This document shows positions 1-8,655 of a DNA stretch of 64,000 bases, in pieces. How positions within the stretch are numbered: the first letter of the stretch is position 1; each line of letters starts with the position of its first letter. The stretch comes from an uncultured delta proteobacterium. Its GTDB lineage: Bacteria; Desulfobacterota; Desulfobaccia; Desulfobaccales; 0-14-0-80-60-11. The stretch is from positions 1,088,001-1,152,000 of the forward strand of contig CAWETI010000003.1 in assembly GCA_963812015.1 (NCBI GenBank), written 5' to 3'. The notes under the pieces were generated by a model. That model ran no database searches. It worked only from the letters and a program-made list of their open reading frames with translations, and had not been told where the DNA came from. The position numbers and the translations under genes were made by a program.

Positions 1-1638
1 CAATTCCATCTCCTGGTGGGCCAGATGCTGCTGGGAGGCCTCCACCTGGGCCAGGAGGCGGTAGGCCCTGAGCTCGTCCTGGTTGAGATAGCCTTCGGCC
101 ATCGTGAGGATCTCCGGGTCCAGACCCATCTCCCGGGCGAGCTTCAAGGCGTTGGAGGCCCCCACCACCCCGTAGGCCAGGCGATAGGTGGGCCGCCGGG
201 TCGTCTCGTTGAACACCACCGCCACATTCTCAAATCCATCGGTTTTTTGGGCAAAACTCTTGAGGATGGGCAGGTGGGTGGTGGCGGCCCCATACGCCCC
301 CCGCTGGTAGAAGGCCTGGAGCAGGGCCAGGGCCAGGGCGCCGCCCTCGGTGGGGTCGGTGGCCGTGCCCAGCTCATCCAGGAGGATGAGGGCTTTTTCC
401 GGCAGATCGGCGAGCATGGTCAGGGCCCGCTTCAGGTGGGCCGAAAAGGTGCTGAGGCTCTGCCGCAGGTTCTGGGGGTCGCCGATATCGGCGAAGACCG
501 CGGCGAAGGGGCAGAACTCGCTGCCTTCGTCCACGGGGATGGGGATGCCGCTCTGGACCATGAGGCTCAAAAGCCCCAGGGTCTTCAGGGCTACGGTCTT
601 GCCCCCGGCGTTGGCCCCGGAGATGATGAGAAAGCGGCGTTCGGGGCTGAGCTCCAGATCAATGGGGACCACGTCCGGGGCCCCGGCATCGTCTCGCCGG
701 TTTTTCACCAGGAGGGGATGGCGGGCCTGGCGGAAATCGACGCCGCCCTTGGTCCGCCAGATGGGTTCCCGGGCCCGGAACTCTTCGGCAAACCTGACCT
801 TGGCCTGGATGGCGTCCAGTTCGGCCAGGGTCATTAGGGTCAGGCGAATTTCGTCCAGATGATTGCGCACCAGGTCGGTAAGCCTTCTCAGCACCGCCTC
901 TTCCTCCCGCTTTTCCCGGTTGTGGAGGAGGTTGAGGGTGTTGTTGTGCTCCACGATGGCCAAAGGTTCCAGGTAGAGGGTGGCCTTGGTCTGGGACTGG
1001 TCGTGGATGATGCCGGGAATAACGCCCTTGTGGTCGGCCTTGATGGGAATGACGTAGCGGCCGTGGCGCTGGGAAATGAGGGGACTCTGGAGGACGTCCT
1101 GGTAGGCCGGTTGGAAAAAGGCCTGCTTGATCTGGCGGTTGACCTGTTCCCGGGTGTCGGTCAGCTCCCGGCGCACCTGGGCCAGGCCGGGACTGGCCTG
1201 ATCCAGGATAAAGTTGTGGGGGCTGATGCACTGGGAAATGGTTTCCGCCAGCGGGTTCAGGTCCTTGAGATCGACGGCCAGGGCGGCCAGCCGCGGGGTC
1301 AGATCGCCCCCTAAGCCGACGTAGTGTCTGAGGTGCCGGGCCAGGCGCAGCACCTGCAAGACGTCGTTAAAGGCTTCGGGAAGCAGTAAGCTGCCCCGGA
1401 CGGTGGCCTTGCTCAGCCAGGTAGTCAGCTGGGGAAAATCGGTGAAGGGCAGGGGGCCCTCCCGGTACTGGAGTTCCCGGAGTTCCTGGATTTGCCTGAA
1501 TGGCGCCTGGATTTGGTGGAGATCGGCGAGGGGAGCCAGCGCACCCAGAAAATCCCGCCCCGAGTCAGAGAGGGCGTAAGTCTGAACCACCAGGAGAAGC
1601 TCAGGAAACTCCAGGGCGGTCAAAGTTGGCTCTGGCAT
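1..1638 (-). CDS. mutS2: Endonuclease MutS2 (C-terminal part runs off the window start)
   Basis: Not in the ORF track (no stop in window). Manual translation from ATG 1638: MPEPTLTALEFPELL...HDQSQTKATLYLEP...ARHPLL...IISGANAGGKTVALKTLGL...FADIGDPQNLRQSLSTFSAH; Walker A and typical MutS2 motifs. Confidence 0.92.
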   Translation of the reverse strand, partial: MPEPTLTALEFPELLLVVQTYALSDSGRDFLGALAPLADLHQIQAPFRQIQELRELQYREGPLPFTDFPQLTTWLSKATVRGSLLLPEAFNDVLQVLRLARHLRHYVGLGGDLTPRLAALAVDLKDLNPLAETISQCISPHNFILDQASPGLAQVRRELTDTREQVNRQIKQAFFQPAYQDVLQSPLISQRHGRYVIPIKADHKGVIPGIIHDQSQTKATLYLEPLAIVEHNNTLNLLHNREKREEEAVLRRLTDLVRNHLDEIRLTLMTLAELDAIQAKVRFAEEFRAREPIWRTKGGVDFRQARHPLLVKNRRDDAGAPDVVPIDLELSPERRFLIISGANAGGKTVALKTLGLLSLMVQSGIPIPVDEGSEFCPFAAVFADIGDPQNLRQSLSTFSAHLKRALTMLADLPEKALILLDELGTATDPTEGGALALALLQAFYQRGAYGAATTHLPILKSFAQKTDGFENVAVVFNETTRRPTYRLAYGVVGASNALKLAREMGLDPEILTMAEGYLNQDELRAYRLLAQVEASQQHLAHQEMEL

Positions 1639-1671
1639 GGCACTCCAGGTTGTGGTTTGAGGGTGGAAGGT

Positions 1672-2118
1672 CTAAGAACTCAGACGCTGCCGCACGATCT
1701 CTTGGATCACCTTGCCATCAGCCCGGCCGGCGAGGCGGGCCATGACGTTTTTCATTACTTTTCCCAGGTCTTTGGGGCCGGTGGCCCCCAGTTCGGAAAT
1801 GACTCCGGATACTTCGGCTGCCAATTCTTCGGGGTTCAGTTGCGGTGGCAAAAAAGAGAGGAGGACACTAAGTTCCTCCTCTTCCTGTTTGGCAAGTTCG
1901 GGGCGGTTAGCCTTGGTGTACTCGGCTATGGCCTCCCGGCGCTGCTTGGCCTGGGTGTTAATGCAGGCTTGCAGCTCGTCTTCGGTGAGCTGGCGCCGCA
2001 CCTCCACCTCGCGGTAGCGGATAGCACTTTTCAACAGCCGCAAGGTGGAAGCCGCCACCGGTTGTTGGTTTTTGATGGCCTCTTTGAAGGCCTGATCCAG
2101 CCGCTGATAAAGGGTCAT
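1672..2118 (-). CDS. yqeY: GatB/YqeY domain protein
   Basis: 148 aa; KQRREAIAEY..ANRPELA..EEEEL, DLGKVM; classic position downstream of rpsU. Confidence 0.92.
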   Translation of the reverse strand: MTLYQRLDQAFKEAIKNQQPVAASTLRLLKSAIRYREVEVRRQLTEDELQACINTQAKQRREAIAEYTKANRPELAKQEEEELSVLLSFLPPQLNPEELAAEVSGVISELGATGPKDLGKVMKNVMARLAGRADGKVIQEIVRQRLSS

Positions 2119-2318
2119 TATGAGCCCTCAATTTTCCGCAGCTTCTTCAAAGCCCGCTTTTTGGCCGCCAAAATTTTCTTCTTTCGCTTAATGCTGGGCT
2201 TTTCGTAATGTTCCCGTTTGCGAATTTCAGAGAGAATCCCGGCCTTTTCGCACTGCTTTTTAAAGCGCTTTAAGGCGACCTCGAAAGGTTCGTTGGGTTT
2301 TACCCTGACGCCGGGCAT
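2118..2318 (-). CDS. rpsU: 30S ribosomal protein S21
   Basis: [28 protein letters not shown]. Confidence 0.98.
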   Translation of the reverse strand: MPGVRVKPNEPFEVALKRFKKQCEKAGILSEIRKREHYEKPSIKRKKKILAAKKRALKKLRKIEGS

Positions 2319-2585
2319 CCATTTCGCCTCCCCCCGTAGTCAGATGGCACCTATCGTCCCTGCCCCCCTGGTCCGTTTACTTGTCAGGCCAAAAGGTGGG
2401 CAGGCCAATATGGTGATCGTTCTTGAAACGTTTATTGTTTATCATCTATTTCAAAACTGTCAAGAGGATTTCGCGAAGAAAGTTATGTTTACAGGAATCT
2501 CCCGCCTTCGAGAGAATTTTTTTGCCGCAGGACCCCTCCTTAGCGTATCATAGGGGCGCGAGAGAATGCACCTTGAGGGAGGGGT

Positions 2586-3524
2586 ATGTGGCGCACAAAA
2601 ATTAGCTGCCTGGGCTTATTGGCGGTCTGGCTGATGTTAGCGGCGGGCTGCGTTACCGTCAAGGTGAGCCTGTTTGAAGAGCCGGCCCCTTTGAAGGAGA
2701 AAACCATCTCGGGCTATGGCCGGGATAAGATCCTGCTCATGGAGGTCTCCGGGGTCATCCTGGAAGGGCCGCACCGCCTCCTGGGGCTGATGCAGGGGGC
2801 GACTTCCCCCAGCCGGATCAAGGAAGAACTGGAAAAGGCAGCCAAAGATGACCACATCAAGGCGGTGGTCTTGAAGATCAATTCCCCGGGGGGCACGGTG
2901 AGCGCCGCGGATGTCATTCTCCACGAACTCAAGGCCTTCAAGGCGAGCAAAGGCGTGCCGGTGGTGGTCTGCTTCCAGGGCCTGGCCGCCTCCGGGGGTT
3001 ACTACCTGGGCCAGGCGGGGGATACGATCATTGCCTACCCCACCTGCATCACCGGTTCCATCGGGGTCATCGCCATGAAGTTCAATTTCCGGGGTTTGAT
3101 GGACAAGGTGGGAGTTGATGATGACGTCGTCAAGAGCGGCAAATGGAAAGATTTCTGGTCCCCCTTCCGGCCCGCCACCCCCCAAGAAAAGGAGATGATG
3201 CAGCAGGTCATCGACGACTTCTACCGGAGGTTTGTGGACGTGGTGGCCCAGGGGCGGCATTTGAGCCTGAAAAAGACCCGGGAGGTAGCCGACGGCCGGA
3301 TCTTTACCGCTTCCCAGGCCCTGGACCTGGGTCTGGTGGATCAGTTGGGGTATCTGGACGATGCCCTGGAGTTGGCCAGGGTCAAGGCGGGCCTGGAAGA
3401 AGGCGCCAGGGTCATCACCTATCACCGCCCCGGCAGCTATAAGCCGACGATTTACTCGATGATGCCTGATCTGGACATGGTGGGGCCCCAGTTCTTATAT
3501 CTGTGGTGGGGGGGAGGCGCCTGA
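2586..3524 (+). CDS. sppA: Signal peptide peptidase SppA (36K type, S49), lipoprotein-like N-terminus
   Basis: INSPGG, AASGGYY, TGSIGV, KSGKWKD, DGRIFT motifs; LAAGC lipobox. Confidence 0.93.
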   Translation: MWRTKISCLGLLAVWLMLAAGCVTVKVSLFEEPAPLKEKTISGYGRDKILLMEVSGVILEGPHRLLGLMQGATSPSRIKEELEKAAKDDHIKAVVLKINSPGGTVSAADVILHELKAFKASKGVPVVVCFQGLAASGGYYLGQAGDTIIAYPTCITGSIGVIAMKFNFRGLMDKVGVDDDVVKSGKWKDFWSPFRPATPQEKEMMQQVIDDFYRRFVDVVAQGRHLSLKKTREVADGRIFTASQALDLGLVDQLGYLDDALELARVKAGLEEGARVITYHRPGSYKPTIYSMMPDLDMVGPQFLYLWWGGGA

Positions 3525-3833
3525 GGTTAGAGGCGCGGGCGCACCCCGACTTTTTTTCGAGGTCTACGTCCCGGGACCGATAAGGAAAACAAGTACAGGT
3601 GAGCTTCCCGGGTAGGAGGCGAAGGTTACCGGCAGGCAACCTTTCAGACCCGGCGGCGCTTTACTTCGGCACATAACAATATTATATTATTTTATAATAT
3701 TCTGATAGGCTGATTGAGCCGGGTAAAAAGCAGGCGCACGATCTTTACTATGGCTTTCGACTTTCCAGCACCTGGCGCAGCAGGTCTGAAGAGGCAATGG
3801 ACGGACCAGCCGGCAGGTTGCAGGTAAATCAAG

Positions 3834-4133
3834 ATGAGCAAACCTCGGAATAAGGTTCCCGGCACCGGGTCGCGGCCGCCCGGCAAGAATGGCAAGGGCC
3901 TCGCTGACCCAGCGTCGTTGCAGGCCCGTCCGGCCCCGGCAGCCGACCCCAGCAGGAATGACCCAGTGATTGAGAAGGTTCGCCAGATTATCGCGGAGAC
4001 CCCGGAGATTCGACCGGAGAGAGTCGGTCCGCTGCAAGAGGCCGTGGAGCAGGGCGCCTACGAGATCGATGCCCGGAAGGTGGCCAATAGCCTCATTACC
4101 AAACTGATCCAGGACCCTGATACCCCGGTCTAA
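3834..4133 (+). CDS. flgM: FlgM-like anti-sigma-28 factor
   Basis: C-terminal PEIRPERV..LQEAVEQGAYEIDARKVANSLI resembles the FlgM C-terminal motif. Confidence 0.7.
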   Translation: MSKPRNKVPGTGSRPPGKNGKGLADPASLQARPAPAADPSRNDPVIEKVRQIIAETPEIRPERVGPLQEAVEQGAYEIDARKVANSLITKLIQDPDTPV

Positions 4134-4211
4134 ACCCACGAGTCCGCCTGTCTGCAAGCTCGCCCCTCTGGGTAATGCCCTCCGACCCTCAATCCCCGGC
4201 AATCCGCCAGC

Positions 4212-5348
4212 TTAGGTCTCGATCACGCCCCGGGGCAGGGTGCGCAGGCCCTGGAGCAGCATTGAGGCGGCCACCTCCACGTCGGCCCGGGTGGTGGGCC
4301 AGCCGACGCTGAAGCGCACCGCCCCCCGGGCCAGGCTCACGGGCACCCCCATGGCCGCCAGCACCGGGGAGATGGCCTCCCGACCGGCGTGGCAGGCCGA
4401 GCCCAGGGAGGCCGCCAACTCCGGCAGCCCCGCCATCAGCTCGCCCCCCGAGCGCCCCGGAAAAGAGACGTTCAGGGTGTTGGGGAGGCGTTCCAGCTCC
4501 GGGCCGTTGAGCACCAGGCCGGGGACCCCGGCGCCGAGAAGCTCATGGAGACGATCCCGGAGGCTTTGCAGGTGCGCGGTTACACCGGGGAGGCGCTCCC
4601 GGGCCAGGCGGCAGGCTTTTCCTAAGGCCACCATATAGGGGACGTTTTCGGTGCCGGCCCGGCGGCCCCCTTCCTGGGAAGCCCCGTGGAGCAGGGAGGT
4701 AAGGGCGGCTCCGGCCCGCACGTACAAGGCCCCGACGCCTTTGGGGGCGTAAAACTTGTGTCCCGCCACCGTCAGAAAATCCACCCCCAGATCGTCCACG
4801 TCCACGGGGATCTTACCTACGCTTTGGGCCGCATCGGTGTGAAATTTTACCCCCGCTTCCCGGGCCAAGTCGGCGATCTCTTTGAGGGGCTGGAGGGCGC
4901 CGGTCTCGTTGTTGGCATGCATGACGCTGATCAGGATGGTGTCCGGGGCCAGGGCCCGGCGCACCGCATCGGGGTCCAGCCGGCCGGTGGCATCCACCGG
5001 CAGAATGGTCAGCCGAAACCCCTGGGACTGCAAATAACGGCAGGGGGCCAGGACCGCCGGGTGCTCCGTGGCCGCGGTGATGATCTGCCCCCGGCCGTGA
5101 TGCGCGGCCACGCCCTTGAGGACGGTATTGTTGGCTTCGGTGGCGCCGCTGGTGAAAACAATTTCCTGGGGGCCGCAGCCCAGCAGGGCCGCGACTTCCC
5201 CCCGGGCCTGCTGCACGGCGTCCCGGGCCGCAAGACCCAGGGGATAATCGCAGCTGGGATTGCCGAATTCCCCTTCAAGATAAGGCTGCATGGCCCGGTA
5301 GACTTCCGGGGCCACGGGAGTGGTGGCATTGTAATCCAGATAGATCAT
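4212..5348 (-). CDS. Cysteine desulfurase (NifS/IscS family, class V PLP)
   Basis: Start MIYLDYNATTP (ATG 5348); FTSGATEAN, HTDAAQ, GHKFYAPKG, GSACH catalytic Cys. Confidence 0.93.
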   Translation of the reverse strand: MIYLDYNATTPVAPEVYRAMQPYLEGEFGNPSCDYPLGLAARDAVQQARGEVAALLGCGPQEIVFTSGATEANNTVLKGVAAHHGRGQIITAATEHPAVLAPCRYLQSQGFRLTILPVDATGRLDPDAVRRALAPDTILISVMHANNETGALQPLKEIADLAREAGVKFHTDAAQSVGKIPVDVDDLGVDFLTVAGHKFYAPKGVGALYVRAGAALTSLLHGASQEGGRRAGTENVPYMVALGKACRLARERLPGVTAHLQSLRDRLHELLGAGVPGLVLNGPELERLPNTLNVSFPGRSGGELMAGLPELAASLGSACHAGREAISPVLAAMGVPVSLARGAVRFSVGWPTTRADVEVAASMLLQGLRTLPRGVIET

Positions 5349-5536
5349 GGCCGGTTCCTCCTGGCAGTGGTAGGCCTGACCCTGGACTTTTCCCGGCTGG
5401 GCCCGATTGACACCTGAATTCGACCTCTGATATTGTAACCCGAAAGGTGGAATTTGGGTCGAAAGAGTTGCCGTGCAGGAGCGAGCCTCACAGGCTCGAA
5501 ACCCTGACCCGCTCCCGATGCCCGCAAATTGATCCC

Positions 5537-6166
5537 ATGAGCCGCTCTCTATCCCCAACCTCTTACCGCCTGGGCCGCTGGCTTTGCCGGCAGACCGTGG
5601 GACGCTATTGCTCACTGGAAGTTCAGGGCCTGGAGCACCTGCCGGCCCGGGGTCCCGCCATCATCTGCCCCAAGCACCAGCGCTGGGAAGACATCCCCCT
5701 CATCGGTATGGCCCTGCCGCCGCTGCTCCATTATATCGCCAAGGTGGAGCTGTTCCAGCAGCCGGTGGTGCGAGAGGTGCTGGGAGCCTGGGGCGGGGTG
5801 CCGGTAGACCGGAGAAACCCCCGGGCCACCCTGTCGTCCTTCAAGCGCCTGCTGCCCCTTTTGAGAAAGGGGGCGTTCCTCGTGCTGTTCCCCGAGGGCA
5901 CTTACGTCCCGGGCCGGGTCGGCCCCGGCAAACATCGCCTGATTCAACTGCTCCTCAAGTTGCAAGGGCAAGAGGGCTTGGGGTTCCTGCCGTTTGTGCC
6001 TGTGGGGGTGGCCTATGAGCCCCGGGCCTGGGGCTGGACGGTGCACGTCAAGCTGGGCCCGCCGCTCCTGGCCCCCGGCCCCCGCCAGGCTCCAGCCCTG
6101 ACCGACGCCCTCATGGCCCGCATCGCCCGGCTGTCGGGATTTCCAGAGACCTCCAAGGCCGGGTAA
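5537..6166 (+). CDS. Lysophospholipid acyltransferase (PlsC family)
   Basis: KHQRWED (HxxxxD), AKVELF, FPEGT; start taken at ATG 5537. Confidence 0.85.
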   Translation: MSRSLSPTSYRLGRWLCRQTVGRYCSLEVQGLEHLPARGPAIICPKHQRWEDIPLIGMALPPLLHYIAKVELFQQPVVREVLGAWGGVPVDRRNPRATLSSFKRLLPLLRKGAFLVLFPEGTYVPGRVGPGKHRLIQLLLKLQGQEGLGFLPFVPVGVAYEPRAWGWTVHVKLGPPLLAPGPRQAPALTDALMARIARLSGFPETSKAG

Positions 6167-6440
6167 TCCTGAGTCGCCATCGCAGCGGTATTGGTTGCAG
6201 GCGCCTGCTTTGGTCTGCACAGATGGGCGCGCCCCACGCGCCACTTTCTGGTGCGTAAAACGCATCCTGCATTTCCTCAATCCAGGTAATTATTTTTTCG
6301 TAAAAAGAGGGCTCGGAGGGGTGATTTCTCTAAAAAGAGTATTAATTTCAAAAAAAAGTGAATAGTTAACCGCCGCTGGCGGGTTAAGTGGCCTTGGCGG
6401 CAAGCTGATAGCTGGCGGCTGCGATCTCAGAGGTGAGCCC

Positions 6441-6551
6441 ATGAGAACAGGGTGGCAATTTCTGTCATGGCGATGGTGGGTCGTTCATTTCCTGGGGTTC
6501 GCCCTGATCTACACCGCAGGGCGCTTGACCGCCACGTTATTGAAAAGGTAA
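6441..6551 (+). CDS. Small single-TM membrane peptide, cytochrome b559 alpha (PsbE)-like
   Basis: 36 aa MRTGWQFLSWRWWVVHFLGFALIYTAGRLTATLLKR; GAGGTG RBS; below the ORF-track length cutoff. Confidence 0.7.
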   Translation: MRTGWQFLSWRWWVVHFLGFALIYTAGRLTATLLKR

Positions 6552-6554
6552 ACG

Positions 6555-6662
6555 ATGAACCGGTGGCTCCCCCACGTGATGTTTCCCCGGCCCGGCTGGT
6601 TTATCCTCCACGCCACCGTCATCGCCCTGATATTTTCCCTGGGCTATAGCGTGAAGTTTTAG
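6555..6662 (+). CDS. Small single-TM membrane peptide, cytochrome b559 beta (PsbF)-like
   Basis: 35 aa MNRWLPHVMFPRPGWFILHATVIALIFSLGYSVKF; 3 nt after the previous stop and 1 nt before the next ATG. Confidence 0.7.
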   Translation: MNRWLPHVMFPRPGWFILHATVIALIFSLGYSVKF

Positions 6663-6663
6663 G

Positions 6664-7068
6664 ATGGCCCCCATGTCAAGCCAACGCTGGCAACTCTGGG
6701 CGGCCCTGGTGGCTCTGGCCGTGGGCGCCACTATGCTGCATTATCGGATTCACACTCCGGGGGAGGACCCCACCGACCTGTGGCCCAATCTCTTTTCCCT
6801 GATCGACCTGGTCCTGGTGAGCGCCCTGTTCCTGTTCCGGCCCACGGCGCTGTTGGGGCTCTTGCTTAATAGCTTTCTGGCCTTCCTGGGGATCATCATG
6901 ATGGCGGATTTCTCCCTTGCCGCCACCCTGGCGGGCCAGGTGAAGGTCATGCCGGGCCAGAACTTCATCGGCTGGCTGCTGGCCACCACCTTCCCGGATA
7001 TCATGATCGCCCTGGCCGACTTCCTGACGGGCCTGGCCCTCTACCGGGCCATATTGGCAGAGAAGTAG
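6664..7068 (+). CDS. Hypothetical integral membrane protein (~4 TM, LHYRIH motif)
   Basis: 134 aa hydrophobic ORF, tightly coupled to the two peptides. Confidence 0.75.
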   Translation: MAPMSSQRWQLWAALVALAVGATMLHYRIHTPGEDPTDLWPNLFSLIDLVLVSALFLFRPTALLGLLLNSFLAFLGIIMMADFSLAATLAGQVKVMPGQNFIGWLLATTFPDIMIALADFLTGLALYRAILAEK

Positions 7069-7074
7069 ATTTTT

Positions 7075-7204
7075 TGGGGGAGGGGGCTAAGGGCGAGAGC
7101 CCTTACCCCCTCCCCCAAGCCCTCTCCCCCAATCCCTTACAGGGGGTTGGGAGGGGAGTTTGAGGGGAGGGCGGGGGACTTTTCGTCCCCCGGGCCTCCC
7201 CTCA
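7075..7204 (+). repeat. G/C-rich interspersed palindromic repeat (REP/MITE-like), full copy
   Basis: GGGGAGGGGGCTAAGGGC..CCTTACCCCCTCCC..CCCTTACAGGGGGTTGGGAGGGGAGTTTGAGGGGAGGGCGGGG; near-identical inverted copy at 26508-26652. Confidence 0.85.
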
Positions 7205-7206
7205 TC

Positions 7207-8562
7207 TTATTTTAACCTGCCTCCCGCCAACAGGGCGTACTTCAGGGCCAGGGCTTTTTCGGCCACGGACATGGGGGTAGGTCCCAGGATGCGAATCATG
7301 GGTTCCTTGCCAAACTCTCCCCGGTCGTAGATCAGGTCCGGGGGCGGATCTCCGGGTTTGAGGACCGAGGCCACGCCCCAGGCCAGGGTGCTCCCTTCCC
7401 GGGCCTTGATCCCCGGGGGTTCGGCGCTCCGGTCGAAGCCGGCCACCCGCAGGTGGAGGAGGGGGGCCAGGGCATCCACGCCCTGGAAAAATTTCACGTT
7501 CATGGCGCTCCTCAGCTCAGGATGGGTGGCCATGGCGGTGAGGATGATGGCGGCGATGTGGCGGGATGCGCCGAAGGCCGGCGCTTCGGAAATCAGCAGG
7601 CCCTGGGGGCTGCGCCGGATGCGCCCGGGGAAGGCGGCCACGTCCTGGGGTCCTTCCGGATACGGGGTGGCATAACCAAAATTGGTCATGACTTCCGGGA
7701 TGAGGGGTTCGATGCCCTCTTTCTTGAGGCGGGCCGCGGCGGTTTGCAGTGCGGCCAGGACTTCCGGGCGGGCCAGGTCCCGGGCGAACGGGGCGTAGGG
7801 GTTCACGGGGCCGGCGCCCCGCCCCAGGGGCAGACCGTACTTGAGGGCCTGGGCCGTGAGGCTCCGGGCCCGGTTCACCGCCTCCGGCAAGGACAACCCC
7901 TGGGCCAGGCCGGCGGCGGCGGCCGAGGCCAGGAGGCAGCCCCCGCCGTGGTGATTGGGGGCGTCCAGACGCACGCCGGGCAGGTGGTAGGCGTTCTGGC
8001 CGTCGGTGAGCACGTCCACAGGCTCCCCCGGCAGGTGGCCGCCTTTGGCCAGGACCCAGCGGGGACCCAGGGCTTGGAGGCGGCGGGCCGCCTCTTCCAG
8101 GTCTTCAGGGGTTTGAACTTCCAAGCCGGTGAGCCGAGCGGCCTCCGGGGCGTTGGGGGTGAGGAGGTGGGCCAGGAGGAACAGCTCTTCCTTGAGGGCC
8201 TTGATGCCGTCTGTCGTGAGCAGCGGGAAGCCGCCACCCGCGGCCAGCACCGGGTCGAGCACCAGGGGCACGCCATCCAGGTCCTTTAACCGGTCGGCCA
8301 CGGTGCGGACAATCGACGGCGTGGCCAGCATCCCCACCTTGACCGCATCCACGGGAAAATCGCTCAGCACCGCGTCCAGTTGCGCGGCTACCACCTCCGG
8401 GGCCACCGGGTGGACGGCCAGGACTCCCTGGCTGTTCTGGATGGTGAGGGCCGTGACCACCGTGAGGCCGTAGGTCCCCAACAGGGTGGCCACTTTCAGA
8501 TCCTGTTGCAAGCCCGCGCCGGCGCCCGGGTCGGAGCCGGCAATAATCAGCAGGGTTTTCAT
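7207..8562 (-). CDS. thiD: Bifunctional HMP/HMP-P kinase ThiD fused to a ThiN-type C-terminal domain
   Basis: IAGSDPGAGAGLQQDLK, VKVGML, LTPN, KGGH, HGGGC; C-terminal LIPEVMTN, FGASRHIA, GKEPMIRILG (ThiN). Confidence 0.9.
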   Translation of the reverse strand: MKTLLIIAGSDPGAGAGLQQDLKVATLLGTYGLTVVTALTIQNSQGVLAVHPVAPEVVAAQLDAVLSDFPVDAVKVGMLATPSIVRTVADRLKDLDGVPLVLDPVLAAGGGFPLLTTDGIKALKEELFLLAHLLTPNAPEAARLTGLEVQTPEDLEEAARRLQALGPRWVLAKGGHLPGEPVDVLTDGQNAYHLPGVRLDAPNHHGGGCLLASAAAAGLAQGLSLPEAVNRARSLTAQALKYGLPLGRGAGPVNPYAPFARDLARPEVLAALQTAAARLKKEGIEPLIPEVMTNFGYATPYPEGPQDVAAFPGRIRRSPQGLLISEAPAFGASRHIAAIILTAMATHPELRSAMNVKFFQGVDALAPLLHLRVAGFDRSAEPPGIKAREGSTLAWGVASVLKPGDPPPDLIYDRGEFGKEPMIRILGPTPMSVAEKALALKYALLAGGRLK

Positions 8563-8655
8563 GAGTTATGCCATTTGTCCTTGCACATCCAACCAACCAG
8601 TAACGTATTGATAGTTTAATTTATTTTAACCGAAAACCGAAGACTGAAAACCTTC

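Noticed and set aside
16..2208. Long plus-strand ORFs in the track (and similar ones such as 10420-11913 and 26750-27952)
   Set aside because: Antisense shadows of GC-rich genes (mutS2, yqeY, dehydratase, YcaO) with no recognisable motifs
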